A DNA stretch of 64,000 bases. Origin: a bacterium. GTDB lineage: Bacteria; Electryoneota; JAOADG01. Of the stretch, positions 8,435 to 18,698 are shown in pieces. The stretch is from assembly GCA_963681965.1 (NCBI GenBank), contig OY820579.1, positions 1,920,001 to 1,984,000 of the forward strand, written 5' to 3'. Positions within the stretch are counted from its first letter, which is position 1. Every line of letters begins with the position of its first letter. Below the pieces are notes generated by a model. That model was given only the letters and a program-made list of their open reading frames with translations. It was not told where the DNA came from and made no database searches. The translations under genes were made by a program, and so were the position numbers.

Positions 8435-11400
8435 TCGGAATCGCGATCAAGAATATCGCGAATCGTTCGTGCCAATTCGGCAATCTGGAACGGTTTGGAA
8501 ATAAAATCTGCAGCTCCGGCTACATCTGGGTTGTCGCGCATACTATGAGTATCGTATCCACTGGAAATAATCGCCTTGATTGCAGGATGGATTTGTAACA
8601 TATCCTGCAATGTCTCGCCACCCGATTTCTTCGGCATTGAGTAGTCGAGTATCACCAGATCGATTTTCGCAAAGTCCGTCGCATAGATCTTCAACGCCTC
8701 GATGCCATTCTCGGCAGTAATGACTTTGTAGCCCAATTGCTCAAGAATCGAGCGGCTGAGCGTTCGGATCAATTCTTCGTCGTCTACTACTAGAATGGTT
8801 TCATTCCCACTTGATATTCGCGGTTTACTAACAACGGTACTTTCTTGAACAATGTCGTCGGCAGTCTGCAGATAGAATGCGAATGTCGTTCCTTTACCGA
8901 TTTCACTGCTGACCTCGAGCCACCCTTTGTGTTGTTTGACGATACCGTAAACGGTAGCTAATCCTAAACCGGTGCCTTTTCCTGAGGGTTTGGTTGTGAA
9001 GAACGGTTCGAAAATGCGTTTCAGTGTTTCCTGCGACATACCGATACCGTTGTCTGATACCGATACTTTCACATACATCCCGGGAATCGCGTCAGGTCGA
9101 TTTTGAATGTAATTTTGGGTGATTTCGACATCTGACGCTTCGATTGTTAACTGTGGGGTTCGTTGCTGTAAAATCGATTCTGGTAACGATAGAAGCGCGT
9201 CTCGACCGTTGACACACAGATTGAGCAGTACTTGATGAAGTTGCACTGCGTCGGCAAGTACCTTGCTTTCTAGATGGTCGGTTACGACGATAAAATCGAT
9301 TTTTCGATCGATCGTATTGCGAACCATGCTGGCGATTTCATCGAGAAGAACAGCAAGATCCAATACTTTGACTTGAATTTCCGAGCGTCGGCTGAATGTC
9401 AAAATCTGTTTAACCAATGCGCTTGCTCTTGCCGAGGCTCGTTCGGCATCGAGTAAACAAGTCTGGATTTGTTCTTGAGTACCGATCTTTGCCAGACTGA
9501 TATTACCCATGATCGCGGTCAGTAGATTGTTAAAATCGTGAGCGATGCCGCCGGCAAGTTGACCGATTGCTTCGAGTTTTTGAGATTGTCGAAGTTGATC
9601 TTCGAGTAATCGCTCATGAGTGGCATCGCGATCGACAATAACGATGCTGACAAGTTTTCCGCTTTCGTCGCGGATCGGTGAAAAAGCCGATTCGACATAG
9701 AGTAAGGAACCATCTTTTGTTCGCAAGGTCTGATGACCGCGCCATTCGCTGCCACGCAAAGCGATCTGCCAGATTTCTTCAGTCAGCGTCGAATTGTCTT
9801 CGTTCGGTTTTAGTAATTCGTTGCGGTTATGGTTGATTGCTTCGAAACCCTGAAATCCGGTAATCTTTTGAAATGCCGGATTGACGTATTGAATCACGTT
9901 TTCAGTATCGATTAGAATAATGCTTTCGGCAGCCGCTTCGATCGCCGCAACCAATCGCATGCGTTCTTGTTCCGAAGATTTTAATTCAATTGCGGATGCA
10001 ATATTGGAAGCGACGAAGCGCATCAACTCCAAATCACGTTGCGAGTAATCCTGTCCTACAGTATAGGTTTGGATGACTGTTACTCCAATCACCCCTTTTT
10101 GAGTTTTAAGTGGAACACCCATCCAACTGTTGCTATCGTGCCCAATCAAATCGATTTCACCACGTTGCTCCAATTCGCGGAAGGTCGATTGGTCGCACAG
10201 TAACGGTTGACCGGTCCGACGAACATAGTCGGTTAACGAACGTTGCAAAGAGTAAAACGAATTGGGTGTAATATCTTCGTCAGTCGGATCGACATGATAT
10301 GGGAAGGAGTACATATCGAGGTCGGGATGATAGAGTGCAACGTAAAAGTTGGTTGCATCCATTAAACCCGAGATCTGTTTGTGGAAAATTGATAACATCT
10401 CTTCCAAATTCTTGGCAGTCGTATAAGATTTTGTAATCTCCAATAATGCCGTTTGAATTTGGTTAGTGTATACTTGCTCGGAGATATCGAGAATAACTCC
10501 GTGTAACAACGAACTACCGGGTTGGTAAGTAACCTTGTCGAGTGCCCAAATATAATGTTGATCTGCTGCGCGAATCCGGTATTCGAAAGCGTAGGTAATG
10601 ATCGAAGTCGTGGCAGCGATTTCGAATTTACGCGATGCGAATTCGCGATCATCGGGATGAATCAAATCCAACCAATTATTCGCATCTTCAATCCACTTTT
10701 CCGCAGGAATACCGAGAATCCATTCAACCTGATTGCTTACATAGGTATAGCGATGAGTGGTTGTGTCATATTCCCAGAGAATTGCCGTGACGTGTTGAAT
10801 AAGATCGTCGATCTGTTGTTGTTTTTCTCGGAGTGATCGCTCGGCAAGGACCTGCTCGGTAATATCTCGACCTACTGCCTGTACTTCCGACAAATTACCA
10901 TCAGCGTCGAACAATCCGTGCATCGTCCAGGTAGTGTATCGATTCAGTCCATTCTCGTCCAAAGATTCAGTGGCAAGAGTCGTGATCGGATTCGAAATAG
11001 ATAGCGACTTAATATTATTGTACAATTCGTCGACGGTTTCTCTGGGAAGATAATCCTGAATCGATTTACCAATCAGATCGCTGTAATTGCGATGGTAATA
11101 ATTGCAATACTTTTCATTTACAAATGTGACTGCTCCGTTCGGTAGTATTCTGCAGATCATATCGGTCTGATCTTGTATGACCGCACGGAATCTGGCTTCA
11201 GAGGTTTGCAAATCTTCGTATGCCCGTCGCAATTCGTAGGTTCGCTTTTGAACCAATTCTTCCAGTTTTGCTTTCGAATTAAGTAACAGCTCTTGAGCAC
11301 GCTTTTGATCGTTGATGTTTCGACTGAGACCTAGTGTTCCGATTACTTCGTTCCGATCGTTGAAGATCGGGTGTTTAACGACCTCAATCCAGATTTCCTG

Positions 11401-12546
11401 TCCGAATTCATCGAGCTGAATCTCTTCCCGACGGAACGCCTTTTTCGATTGGATCACTTTTAAATCGTCGATCACAAATTGTTCGGCTTTCTCGGGGGGC
11501 ATAATGTCGGCGGGGGTACAACCAACGATTCGTTCCGGATTGATCTCACCGAATTGACGAGCAAACGGAATATTAACACCGATGAAATATCCACCAAGAT
11601 TTCTGAGCCACATCGGATCGAGCAGATTGTCAAGCAAGGCGCGTTGAATCGATTGCGTCTGCATCAATTTTTGTTCGGTTTCGCGTCGAATTTCGTTTTC
11701 CGAAAGAAGGCTTTGGTTAAGCGTTTCCAGCTCTTCCATTCGTGCTTTGACGCGCCGTTCCAAATTAATATTGGTCGCTTTTAAATCGGTTTCCAGCGCT
11801 TTGCGAAGCGATAAATCGGAGATTGTTCCGGTTATTTCGCGAAGCTTACCGGACTCGTCATAATGCTTTACAGCAGTAATTTCGCTCCAGAACACATTGC
11901 CGTCGGAGCGCCGAACACGGATTTCGATCCGATAGGTATCGAAAATGAACACCGGTTCGAGAAAGTGCATCAATGTCGAAAAATCTTCTTCGACAATAAA
12001 TTCAGTGAGCGATTTCCCGATCGAGTCGATTGCTTCGAAACCGGTAAATTCTTTCCAAGGCTGGTTGACGAATGTCAGATTGAAATTGGGATCGCTTTGA
12101 AAGATGACTTCTTGAATATTATCGACAACCCAGTGGTATTTACGTTCGCTTTCGATCGTCGATTTTCGAGCAATTGTGTCTTCGGTAATGTCCCGAATAA
12201 ATGCTATCACTTCTGTCGGTTTATGAGGAATGATAATTACATCGAAATAAGAAACTTTCGCGGTCTCGCCGATATTCTCGTATTTAAAGAGTTTGGTTGT
12301 ATTGGACGCAAGCGATTCCGTTATCAATTCTTTAGCTTGAGTAGCAATCTCGCTGGGAAAAATCGCATCGATCGATTTTCCTACCAATTGATCGCGTGAC
12401 TGATTGAGTTGAATATTTGGCGAAGTGACTAGTTCGACGAATTGAAAATTCGCATCGATATAAAAGATGATGTAAGGGGATCCAGCTAAATGAAAAGGGA
12501 TGTCGTGATTCGTCGAATTGGATTGTTCTGAAGCCAAAATCGCCAT
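8431..12546 (-). CDS. Multi-PAS/GAF hybrid sensor histidine kinase with receiver domain (CckA-like)
   Basis: Several PAS/PAC repeats, a GAF domain, QSQKLEAIGQLAGGIAHDFNNLL H-box, NLCVNGRDA, DNGIGM, FFTTK..GTGLGL, C-terminal REC; no obvious TM; start uncertain (12546-12639). Confidence 0.93.
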   Translation of the reverse strand: MAILASEQSNSTNHDIPFHLAGSPYIIFYIDANFQFVELVTSPNIQLNQSRDQLVGKSIDAIFPSEIATQAKELITESLASNTTKLFKYENIGETAKVSYFDVIIIPHKPTEVIAFIRDITEDTIARKSTIESERKYHWVVDNIQEVIFQSDPNFNLTFVNQPWKEFTGFEAIDSIGKSLTEFIVEEDFSTLMHFLEPVFIFDTYRIEIRVRRSDGNVFWSEITAVKHYDESGKLREITGTISDLSLRKALETDLKATNINLERRVKARMEELETLNQSLLSENEIRRETEQKLMQTQSIQRALLDNLLDPMWLRNLGGYFIGVNIPFARQFGEINPERIVGCTPADIMPPEKAEQFVIDDLKVIQSKKAFRREEIQLDEFGQEIWIEVVKHPIFNDRNEVIGTLGLSRNINDQKRAQELLLNSKAKLEELVQKRTYELRRAYEDLQTSEARFRAVIQDQTDMICRILPNGAVTFVNEKYCNYYHRNYSDLIGKSIQDYLPRETVDELYNNIKSLSISNPITTLATESLDENGLNRYTTWTMHGLFDADGNLSEVQAVGRDITEQVLAERSLREKQQQIDDLIQHVTAILWEYDTTTHRYTYVSNQVEWILGIPAEKWIEDANNWLDLIHPDDREFASRKFEIAATTSIITYAFEYRIRAADQHYIWALDKVTYQPGSSLLHGVILDISEQVYTNQIQTALLEITKSYTTAKNLEEMLSIFHKQISGLMDATNFYVALYHPDLDMYSFPYHVDPTDEDITPNSFYSLQRSLTDYVRRTGQPLLCDQSTFRELEQRGEIDLIGHDSNSWMGVPLKTQKGVIGVTVIQTYTVGQDYSQRDLELMRFVASNIASAIELKSSEQERMRLVAAIEAAAESIILIDTENVIQYVNPAFQKITGFQGFEAINHNRNELLKPNEDNSTLTEEIWQIALRGSEWRGHQTLRTKDGSLLYVESAFSPIRDESGKLVSIVIVDRDATHERLLEDQLRQSQKLEAIGQLAGGIAHDFNNLLTAIMGNISLAKIGTQEQIQTCLLDAERASARASALVKQILTFSRRSEIQVKVLDLAVLLDEIASMVRNTIDRKIDFIVVTDHLESKVLADAVQLHQVLLNLCVNGRDALLSLPESILQQRTPQLTIEASDVEITQNYIQNRPDAIPGMYVKVSVSDNGIGMSQETLKRIFEPFFTTKPSGKGTGLGLATVYGIVKQHKGWLEVSSEIGKGTTFAFYLQTADDIVQESTVVSKPRISSGNETILVVDDEELIRTLSRSILEQLGYKVITAENGIEALKIYATDFAKIDLVILDYSMPKKSGGETLQDMLQIHPAIKAIISSGYDTHSMRDNPDVAGAADFISKPFQIAELARTIRDILDRDSD

Positions 12547-12803
12547 TTCTTCCCCGTTGTTATGGCTTCCCATTTTCTTTAACTGTGAATCAATCAGTGG
12601 CAAATCACGATGTTGGGTCTCGTTTAAATGACACAACAAATTTGAGTGGATTCTTGCACTCAGTCAAATAAGTACTACACCGATAAGTCCGCAATGGTGT
12701 ACAGTTATTTCGGTTCGAACCGGTCTCGAATTAACCCTAAATTAAAGTGTCTTATCTGTTTGAGCAAGAAAAAATGATATCAGAAGCGAATTAATCATTC
12801 GAT

Positions 12804-13877
12804 TTACTGTTTCACAGTCAAAGCCAACTGACAAATTTGAATATGATGTTGTATCCATGGTTCGATATCGAAAGTTTTGACCCAGTTTGATCCCTTGTGG
12901 CAACGCTCCCGATATCGCTCCAGATCGCCTAGCTTAGCAATCTCAGAAATCCACTGATCCGGATCAGTGACCGGTATCACAGTCGCTCCGCCTCCGGATA
13001 CTTCAGGAAATGCACCGCAATTACTAACCAACACCGGAATACCGGATGCCATCGATTCCAATGGAGGTAGACCAAAACCTTCGTACTTGGAGGGAAATAC
13101 ACCGACATAAGCTGATTTGACAAGTGCTCGGAGGGTGGAAAAGTCTACTTCCCCGAGGTCGATCCAGCGCTTGCTGTTTAGTAATGGATGGATACTTTTG
13201 TGAAACTCGGGATAACGTTCTAATCGATCACCAGTTATAATTAATGGTGGTAAATTACTTGAACCTGTCCACATTTCAGCAAGAAATTGTAAGTTCTTAT
13301 GCTTTCGATAGGCGCCGAAATAAATGCAGTATTGCTCAGGTATTGGTAATGAAATTCTACCTGGTTCAGTAAACCAGACTGGATCGATACACATCCGAAT
13401 TGGGTGGATTTTCTCTCGATTGCAGTTGGGAAAGCGTTGAATTAAATCGCTTTTCACCGTCTCACATTGCGTGATAATCAGGTCAGATTTCCGCAGTGCT
13501 CGACCAATCATGTATTTCGCATAACTTCGCTGAAGGAGCGAAAATTGGTCGGGGAACTGCATCTGAATTGTATCGTGAATTAGCGAGACACACGGTAGTT
13601 TCAAGTTGATCGGGACGATGTAATGAGGTGAGTAAAACAAATCCGCATGCGTCTGGTTCGCGAGTTTGCCTACTTCTACCAATTCTGCGAGCGAATAATT
13701 TTTGGCGTCGCAGAGTAAAACCGGGTTGCCGGTAATTTCCTCGATGATTCTCCGGTGTTCTGAACGAGCGATTGTAATTAGTTCGATCCCGTTTTGAACA
13801 AACATTTGAACCAGTAATCGGATTACCGAACCGATTCCCCCGTCGCTCCACTTTCTAGCATCGAAGCAAATTTTCAT
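12804..13877 (-). CDS. Glycosyltransferase family 4
   Basis: MKICFDAR..GGIG, IHD, RKHKNL, FPSKYEGFGLPPLESMASG; start overlaps upstream stop (ATGA). Confidence 0.92.
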   Translation of the reverse strand: MKICFDARKWSDGGIGSVIRLLVQMFVQNGIELITIARSEHRRIIEEITGNPVLLCDAKNYSLAELVEVGKLANQTHADLFYSPHYIVPINLKLPCVSLIHDTIQMQFPDQFSLLQRSYAKYMIGRALRKSDLIITQCETVKSDLIQRFPNCNREKIHPIRMCIDPVWFTEPGRISLPIPEQYCIYFGAYRKHKNLQFLAEMWTGSSNLPPLIITGDRLERYPEFHKSIHPLLNSKRWIDLGEVDFSTLRALVKSAYVGVFPSKYEGFGLPPLESMASGIPVLVSNCGAFPEVSGGGATVIPVTDPDQWISEIAKLGDLERYRERCHKGSNWVKTFDIEPWIQHHIQICQLALTVKQ

Positions 13878-15085
13878 TTCAACTCGGTTCCTGAAGAATT
13901 CGCTGGAAGGGCGATGACAATACCGATCAGCATCCAAAGGATCAGTGCATCTTCGGAATCGGTCTGGAAACACTGAAACAATCCGCCAAATAGGATCAAT
14001 AGAAATGTTGCTAATAAAACCACTCGAAGGTCGCGATCATAACCGGTAAACTTGAAGATCGTCTTGCTGCAACGGAAAAGCACCAATCCCCAGAAGATCG
14101 CGAAGATCATTCCACCAATGATCCCGTACTTCACGGTAGTAGCGAGCAAATCGTTGTGTGCGTGCGCAGTCGAGCTGTAGTGGTCGTAAGGTTCTTTATA
14201 CAGCTTGAACGCAGTATTCCAATTACCATACCCAATTCCTGCGATTGGGTAATGCTTGATTATGTTAGTAGCGCTCTTCCATAGAAAAACTCGAGTAGGA
14301 TCGCCTTGCTGCGAAGGTTCGCCGGCAGCCCCCACACCGCGAGCCATGCGCTCTCCGGCGGCATTGAACACGACAAATGGGAGAATGATCAAGGATAATA
14401 GCGCGATTGCTCCGGAAATTTTTAACTTCCGTGAACCGAATAGCAGAAAAACCATCGCAGCGATACTATAACCCACGATGATTGTTCTGCCCATCGATGC
14501 TAGAATTGCACTGGAGCTTCCAAACGCGATGAGGTATGCAATCACACTGTTCGAAGTGACGATTCCGAGGGGAGTAGTTAGACCAATGACTCCGGCAAAA
14601 GTGAGATGGAAATCTTGTAATCCCGTGGCGTGATATTTTCCGCAGAGAAAGATTAATTGTCTGGAGCGAATCAAGTCCCAACCGAAAAAGTACTGGTACG
14701 TTGCATAAATCGCAAGAGCTATAAGAATATAACTTGCCCATCGAAACGCTGTTCGCAATCGGTCGGGTTGCGAAGCTAATACCAGACCGGGTATGATTGC
14801 CAACATTGTTGAGAATTCGCGAAACCACTCTTTATAGTTCGATTGATAGGGAGAAAAAGTGGTTGCGATGAGTGTCCATGCGATAAATCCCAACAAAGTG
14901 ACAAGCAAGTATTTCGGCGCTTGTTCAGGAAGTGATTCGCGATAGAAAATCCATCCCAGAAGGATTAGAATCAGCAGAATATTTGTCACTGCTATTGAGG
15001 TTAGTGTTGCAATCGGATAGATCATACAGCACGCGACCCAGATTCGTCGAATTGGGTCGCGTAACGAAGTTAGTACCGGAGGCAT
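13874..15085 (-). CDS. O-antigen ligase family (Wzy_C) membrane protein
   Basis: Many TM helices, RVFLWKSA..IKHYPIAGIGYGN and HAHNDLL motifs; start MPPVL at 15085. Confidence 0.85.
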   Translation of the reverse strand: MPPVLTSLRDPIRRIWVACCMIYPIATLTSIAVTNILLILILLGWIFYRESLPEQAPKYLLVTLLGFIAWTLIATTFSPYQSNYKEWFREFSTMLAIIPGLVLASQPDRLRTAFRWASYILIALAIYATYQYFFGWDLIRSRQLIFLCGKYHATGLQDFHLTFAGVIGLTTPLGIVTSNSVIAYLIAFGSSSAILASMGRTIIVGYSIAAMVFLLFGSRKLKISGAIALLSLIILPFVVFNAAGERMARGVGAAGEPSQQGDPTRVFLWKSATNIIKHYPIAGIGYGNWNTAFKLYKEPYDHYSSTAHAHNDLLATTVKYGIIGGMIFAIFWGLVLFRCSKTIFKFTGYDRDLRVVLLATFLLILFGGLFQCFQTDSEDALILWMLIGIVIALPANSSGTELK

Positions 15086-15104
15086 ATTCGTAGTATAAGT
15101 AATC

Positions 15105-15326
15105 CTATTTGGTCGGTTTCGACTGATCGTTGATCGGTCGCGCATTGGGGTCGGATGGATTGACCGAATTTGGATTATTCGAATTTCCATGATCGTCGCG
15201 CATCGCTGATCGAAGTTCTCGAATCCCATTGCCAATGCCGCGAGCCAATTCCGGAAGTTTTTTGCCTCCGAATAAGAGCAAAATCACGATACAAATCAAT
15301 AGGATTTCATTGAATCCAAAGTTCAT
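15105..15326 (-). CDS. tatA: Twin-arginine translocase TatA/E subunit
   Basis: EILLICIVILLLFGGKKLPELARGIGNGIREL. Confidence 0.93.
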   Translation of the reverse strand: MNFGFNEILLICIVILLLFGGKKLPELARGIGNGIRELRSAMRDDHGNSNNPNSVNPSDPNARPINDQSKPTK

Positions 15327-15407
15327 TTTCCACCCCAATCCCTAAATAACATTATAATGTAATGACTTTACAACGGTTTTCACAGTTTATCGGTTTTCCG
15401 CAAGAAA

Positions 15408-16766
15408 TTATTCAAACTCAGCTTCAAGTGCTTGTTTGTTACCTCGAGAAACATTTACTTTCAAAAGAAGAACCCCGCCGACAACGAAAAAAACTAACAG
15501 GCAGAGGATTGCATACCGAATGGAACCTGTAATCCAGAGCATTGTTCCGTAAACCATTGGACCGAGTAGCGTACTGAGGCGCGCTTGTACCGAATAAAAA
15601 CCGAAAAATTCCGCAGCGCGCGAGACTGGTGTAAATCGGGCAAATAGTGATCGAGCACTCGATTGACTGGCACCGAGGATCAAACCAGCCAAGATCCCAA
15701 CCATCCAAAATTCAGTTACAGGATCGGTGAACAGTCCCAACAAACATGACCAAATACAGACAATGCACCAGATAACCAGCGTTATTAGAAGTACGGTTTT
15801 ATCGCCAATCTTGTCGGACAGCTTACCTAACGTTAATGATCCTGCAAATCCACAAAACTGTATCATCAAGAAAAACAATATTAAAGACGATGAATTCATC
15901 TTGAGTTCAGCTTCACCGAAGATCGCTGCCATCAGAATAACTGTCTGGACACCATTGTTAAAGAAGAAGAAGGCTAACAAAAATCGCAGTAAATCGGGCA
16001 ATTTCCGTGCGTCTTTTAATGTCCGTTTGAGACGACGAAATGAATCGCTGCCAATACCCTGCAACCCTGATTTGATCGATATAGCTGGTTCCTTTACCCA
16101 AAGAATCATCGGAATCGAGAAGAGAAACCACCAAATCGCGACTGCCGCGAAGGTGTCCTGCACTTGGAATGGTTGAATCCCGAGGATTTTCGGTGGCTGC
16201 AGCATGATCATATTGATCAAGAGTAGAATACCACCCCCGAAGTAACCGATACCCCAACCGAAACCACTGATCCAACCGGTTTCCTCCGGTTTTGCGATAT
16301 CTTTTAAAATGGCATCGTAAAATGCCAATCCGGCATTAAAACCAAGATTTGCCAGTGCAAATACGATACCCCCAAATAACCAGTCTCCTTTGCCGACAAA
16401 CCACAGCATTGCGGTACATGCCACTCCGATTACAGTTGAAAACATTAAGAACGATTTCTTGCGTTGAGTGTGGTCTGCCATGGCTCCGGTAACTGGCGAG
16501 AAGAGCATGACGATAAAAGTGGAAATCGAGACAAAATAGGTGAACAGTGTCGCACCGGGAATACTAAACTGCAGTCCGAACCAATCCATTGCGATACCAG
16601 TTTCACCGCCTGCGACCTGTAGCGCATAGTAACGATTGAAGATGACTGCTAAAATTGTGGTAGCGTAGCCGTGATTTCCGACATCGTAGAAAACCCAACC
16701 CCAAACGTCTTTGCGACGGAGGGGAGGAGTGTCGATCGGAGCGGTTGCGGGCAATGTTGGCATCAA
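15408..16766 (-). CDS. MFS transporter, UMF1/Atg22 family
   Basis: WVFYDVGNHGY, FYDAIL, ISGFGWGIGYFGG, QSSARSLF, EFFGFY; about 12 TM helices. Confidence 0.9.
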   Translation of the reverse strand: MMPTLPATAPIDTPPLRRKDVWGWVFYDVGNHGYATTILAVIFNRYYALQVAGGETGIAMDWFGLQFSIPGATLFTYFVSISTFIVMLFSPVTGAMADHTQRKKSFLMFSTVIGVACTAMLWFVGKGDWLFGGIVFALANLGFNAGLAFYDAILKDIAKPEETGWISGFGWGIGYFGGGILLLINMIMLQPPKILGIQPFQVQDTFAAVAIWWFLFSIPMILWVKEPAISIKSGLQGIGSDSFRRLKRTLKDARKLPDLLRFLLAFFFFNNGVQTVILMAAIFGEAELKMNSSSLILFFLMIQFCGFAGSLTLGKLSDKIGDKTVLLITLVIWCIVCIWSCLLGLFTDPVTEFWMVGILAGLILGASQSSARSLFARFTPVSRAAEFFGFYSVQARLSTLLGPMVYGTMLWITGSIRYAILCLLVFFVVGGVLLLKVNVSRGNKQALEAEFE

Positions 16767-16835
16767 ATTATTACCTGTTGGATCTAGGAGATTGATTCGT
16801 TCTAGACATTACGAAATACAATACCCGGAAACAAG

Positions 16836-16863
16836 ACTGCCGGCAATTTAGGTTGCCGGCAGT
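16836..16863 (-). terminator. Hairpin, probable terminator after the 16888-17604 gene
   Basis: Perfect 11-bp stem ACTGCCGGCAA/TTGCCGGCAGT; weak U-tract on the minus strand. Confidence 0.6.
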
Positions 16864-16887
16864 GAGAGTCAATCGGTATTCACAGAT

Positions 16888-17604
16888 TTATCGAACGAGT
16901 TCGATTCGATGCATCTTTACGCCTTGTGGTGTTTCCAATCGAAGAAAATATTGACCCGAGGCGAGTGAATGAAACCAATCCCCTAGTGCAATTTCCTGAG
17001 CACCGGAACTATAATGGGATGATCGTTCGGCAATTTTGCGACCGATTACATCGAACATTGTCAGTTTAACATTCCCTTCGTGGGGAAGTGCAAAACTAAC
17101 TTTGGTGGATGAATTGAATGGATTCGGGTAAACCCGACTGATTTGATATCCCACTGGAATATCTTTTTGGTCGACACCAACTACCGAATAAGTTGTACAA
17201 ACCACTCGAATTAGTTCTGCAGTACCGTGAATACTGATGTCCATTGCCGCTTGACCGGTGCCAACTGCAGTCGGGAATACGTCAAGTGTTAGTGAATCGA
17301 TAACTCGGGGGAATAATGAATCGTATGCCTCGGTGATGGTGGGAGGGTAGCAACCACTTCCGATGCACATGCCGAGTTCCCATTCAGTCGGGATATTAAT
17401 CCGGACAGTTTGAACAGTAATCTCGATCGGATCGTCAACCAAAGAAGAGACATCCATGACAAATTGTGCCGCGTCGCCATTCGGAACAACCCATTGCACA
17501 GTTGATCGAGGCGTGACTTGAAATGATTGTGCATAAACCGGAAGCGACATGACTGCAGTCAACAGCAAAATCGAAATCAAACCGGTACTAAATAATCTCT
17601 TCAT
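16888..17604 (-). CDS. Secreted protein with T9SS type A-like C-terminal sorting domain
   Basis: Sec signal (..PVYA/Q), one beta-rich domain, C-terminal VYPNPFNSST..FDVIGRKIA..LASGQYFLRL. Confidence 0.85.
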   Translation of the reverse strand: MKRLFSTGLISILLLTAVMSLPVYAQSFQVTPRSTVQWVVPNGDAAQFVMDVSSLVDDPIEITVQTVRINIPTEWELGMCIGSGCYPPTITEAYDSLFPRVIDSLTLDVFPTAVGTGQAAMDISIHGTAELIRVVCTTYSVVGVDQKDIPVGYQISRVYPNPFNSSTKVSFALPHEGNVKLTMFDVIGRKIAERSSHYSSGAQEIALGDWFHSLASGQYFLRLETPQGVKMHRIELVR

Positions 17605-17658
17605 CGTTGCTCCTAAATTCCTTTACACTTGTTCTAAATCCAAGATTCTATCAAACAG

Positions 17659-18672
17659 CTAGTGTGGTAAATGAGAAATAATCGCATTTCGCAAACTGAG
17701 TGAGTCAATCGATCCACCAGTTGAAATAATTTTACCTGTAGTATCGACCAATACGTTGAGTGGGTAAGTCGCAGGTGAATGATTCACCATTCCATCGAAA
17801 TAACCCGGTTGAGGATCAAGCAATACTGGAAATGACAAGTTGATCTGTGCAATTGCGGCTAGAAATTGGTTGTATGATTGCGATACCGGAATAGGAGTCG
17901 TCAAGGCAACAAAGCGAACCCCTTGCGATGCAAATTGTCGATAGTAATTGTCAAAATAAGGAAGCTCAGCCCGACACGGTCGACAATTGGTATACCAGCA
18001 GGTAAACATCGTGAGATGACCGCGATATACTTCTAAATTGATCGAATCAAGACGGGTTTCATCAGGTCCGATTATCCGTCGTCGGTAATCAAAAGGTATA
18101 TTGCCGACGGCTTTTCCCGGAGTTCCTGCTTCCAATCCAAAATCAATCGTATTCGTATCGGCAGTCACATTAATTCGATGTAATGACGGATTTACAGTCA
18201 GATACCCATCAAGTACGACGGAAATTTCTTGAGCACCGAGTGAGGCTTCAATAACAGCCGGAGTGCGCATCGGTGTGCCGCTGCGATCGGTCATATATTC
18301 TTGATTCAAGATGATTCGGGCATTACTCGGAGTCGATGTAACGTTAACCCAGCCAACTGGTGAAATGATAAGCGGGATTATCGCACGTGTCGTATCGCCA
18401 GCGTCGATCGCGACATTTTGCTCGACGATCGTGAAACTTCGTTTTCGAATGACCATCCGGTAGGTGCCTGCGGTCATTGGTCCAATGTAAGTGGGAGTCG
18501 TCTGGGCTTGAGGAATATCATTCAATAGAATTGTCGCACCGTATACAATATTACCTGTACTATCGGTAGTGGATACATAAAGCAGACCACGCGGTGTTGT
18601 CGGTGACTCTGTCACCGAGCATCCGACAACGCAGACCAAAAGCAAAGCAAGTAAGATGAATAGCAGCCGCAT
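17659..18672 (-). CDS. Lipoprotein with PEGA domains and C-terminal TlpA/redoxin domain
   Basis: Lipobox VVGC, VTSTPSNARI..TP PEGA-like motif, WYTNCRPCRAELP CxxC, YPLNVLVDTTGKI; start MRLLF at 18672. Confidence 0.82.
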   Translation of the reverse strand: MRLLFILLALLLVCVVGCSVTESPTTPRGLLYVSTTDSTGNIVYGATILLNDIPQAQTTPTYIGPMTAGTYRMVIRKRSFTIVEQNVAIDAGDTTRAIIPLIISPVGWVNVTSTPSNARIILNQEYMTDRSGTPMRTPAVIEASLGAQEISVVLDGYLTVNPSLHRINVTADTNTIDFGLEAGTPGKAVGNIPFDYRRRIIGPDETRLDSINLEVYRGHLTMFTCWYTNCRPCRAELPYFDNYYRQFASQGVRFVALTTPIPVSQSYNQFLAAIAQINLSFPVLLDPQPGYFDGMVNHSPATYPLNVLVDTTGKIISTGGSIDSLSLRNAIISHLPH

Positions 18673-18698
18673 ACACGATTCCCTTGAATAATTACTTA

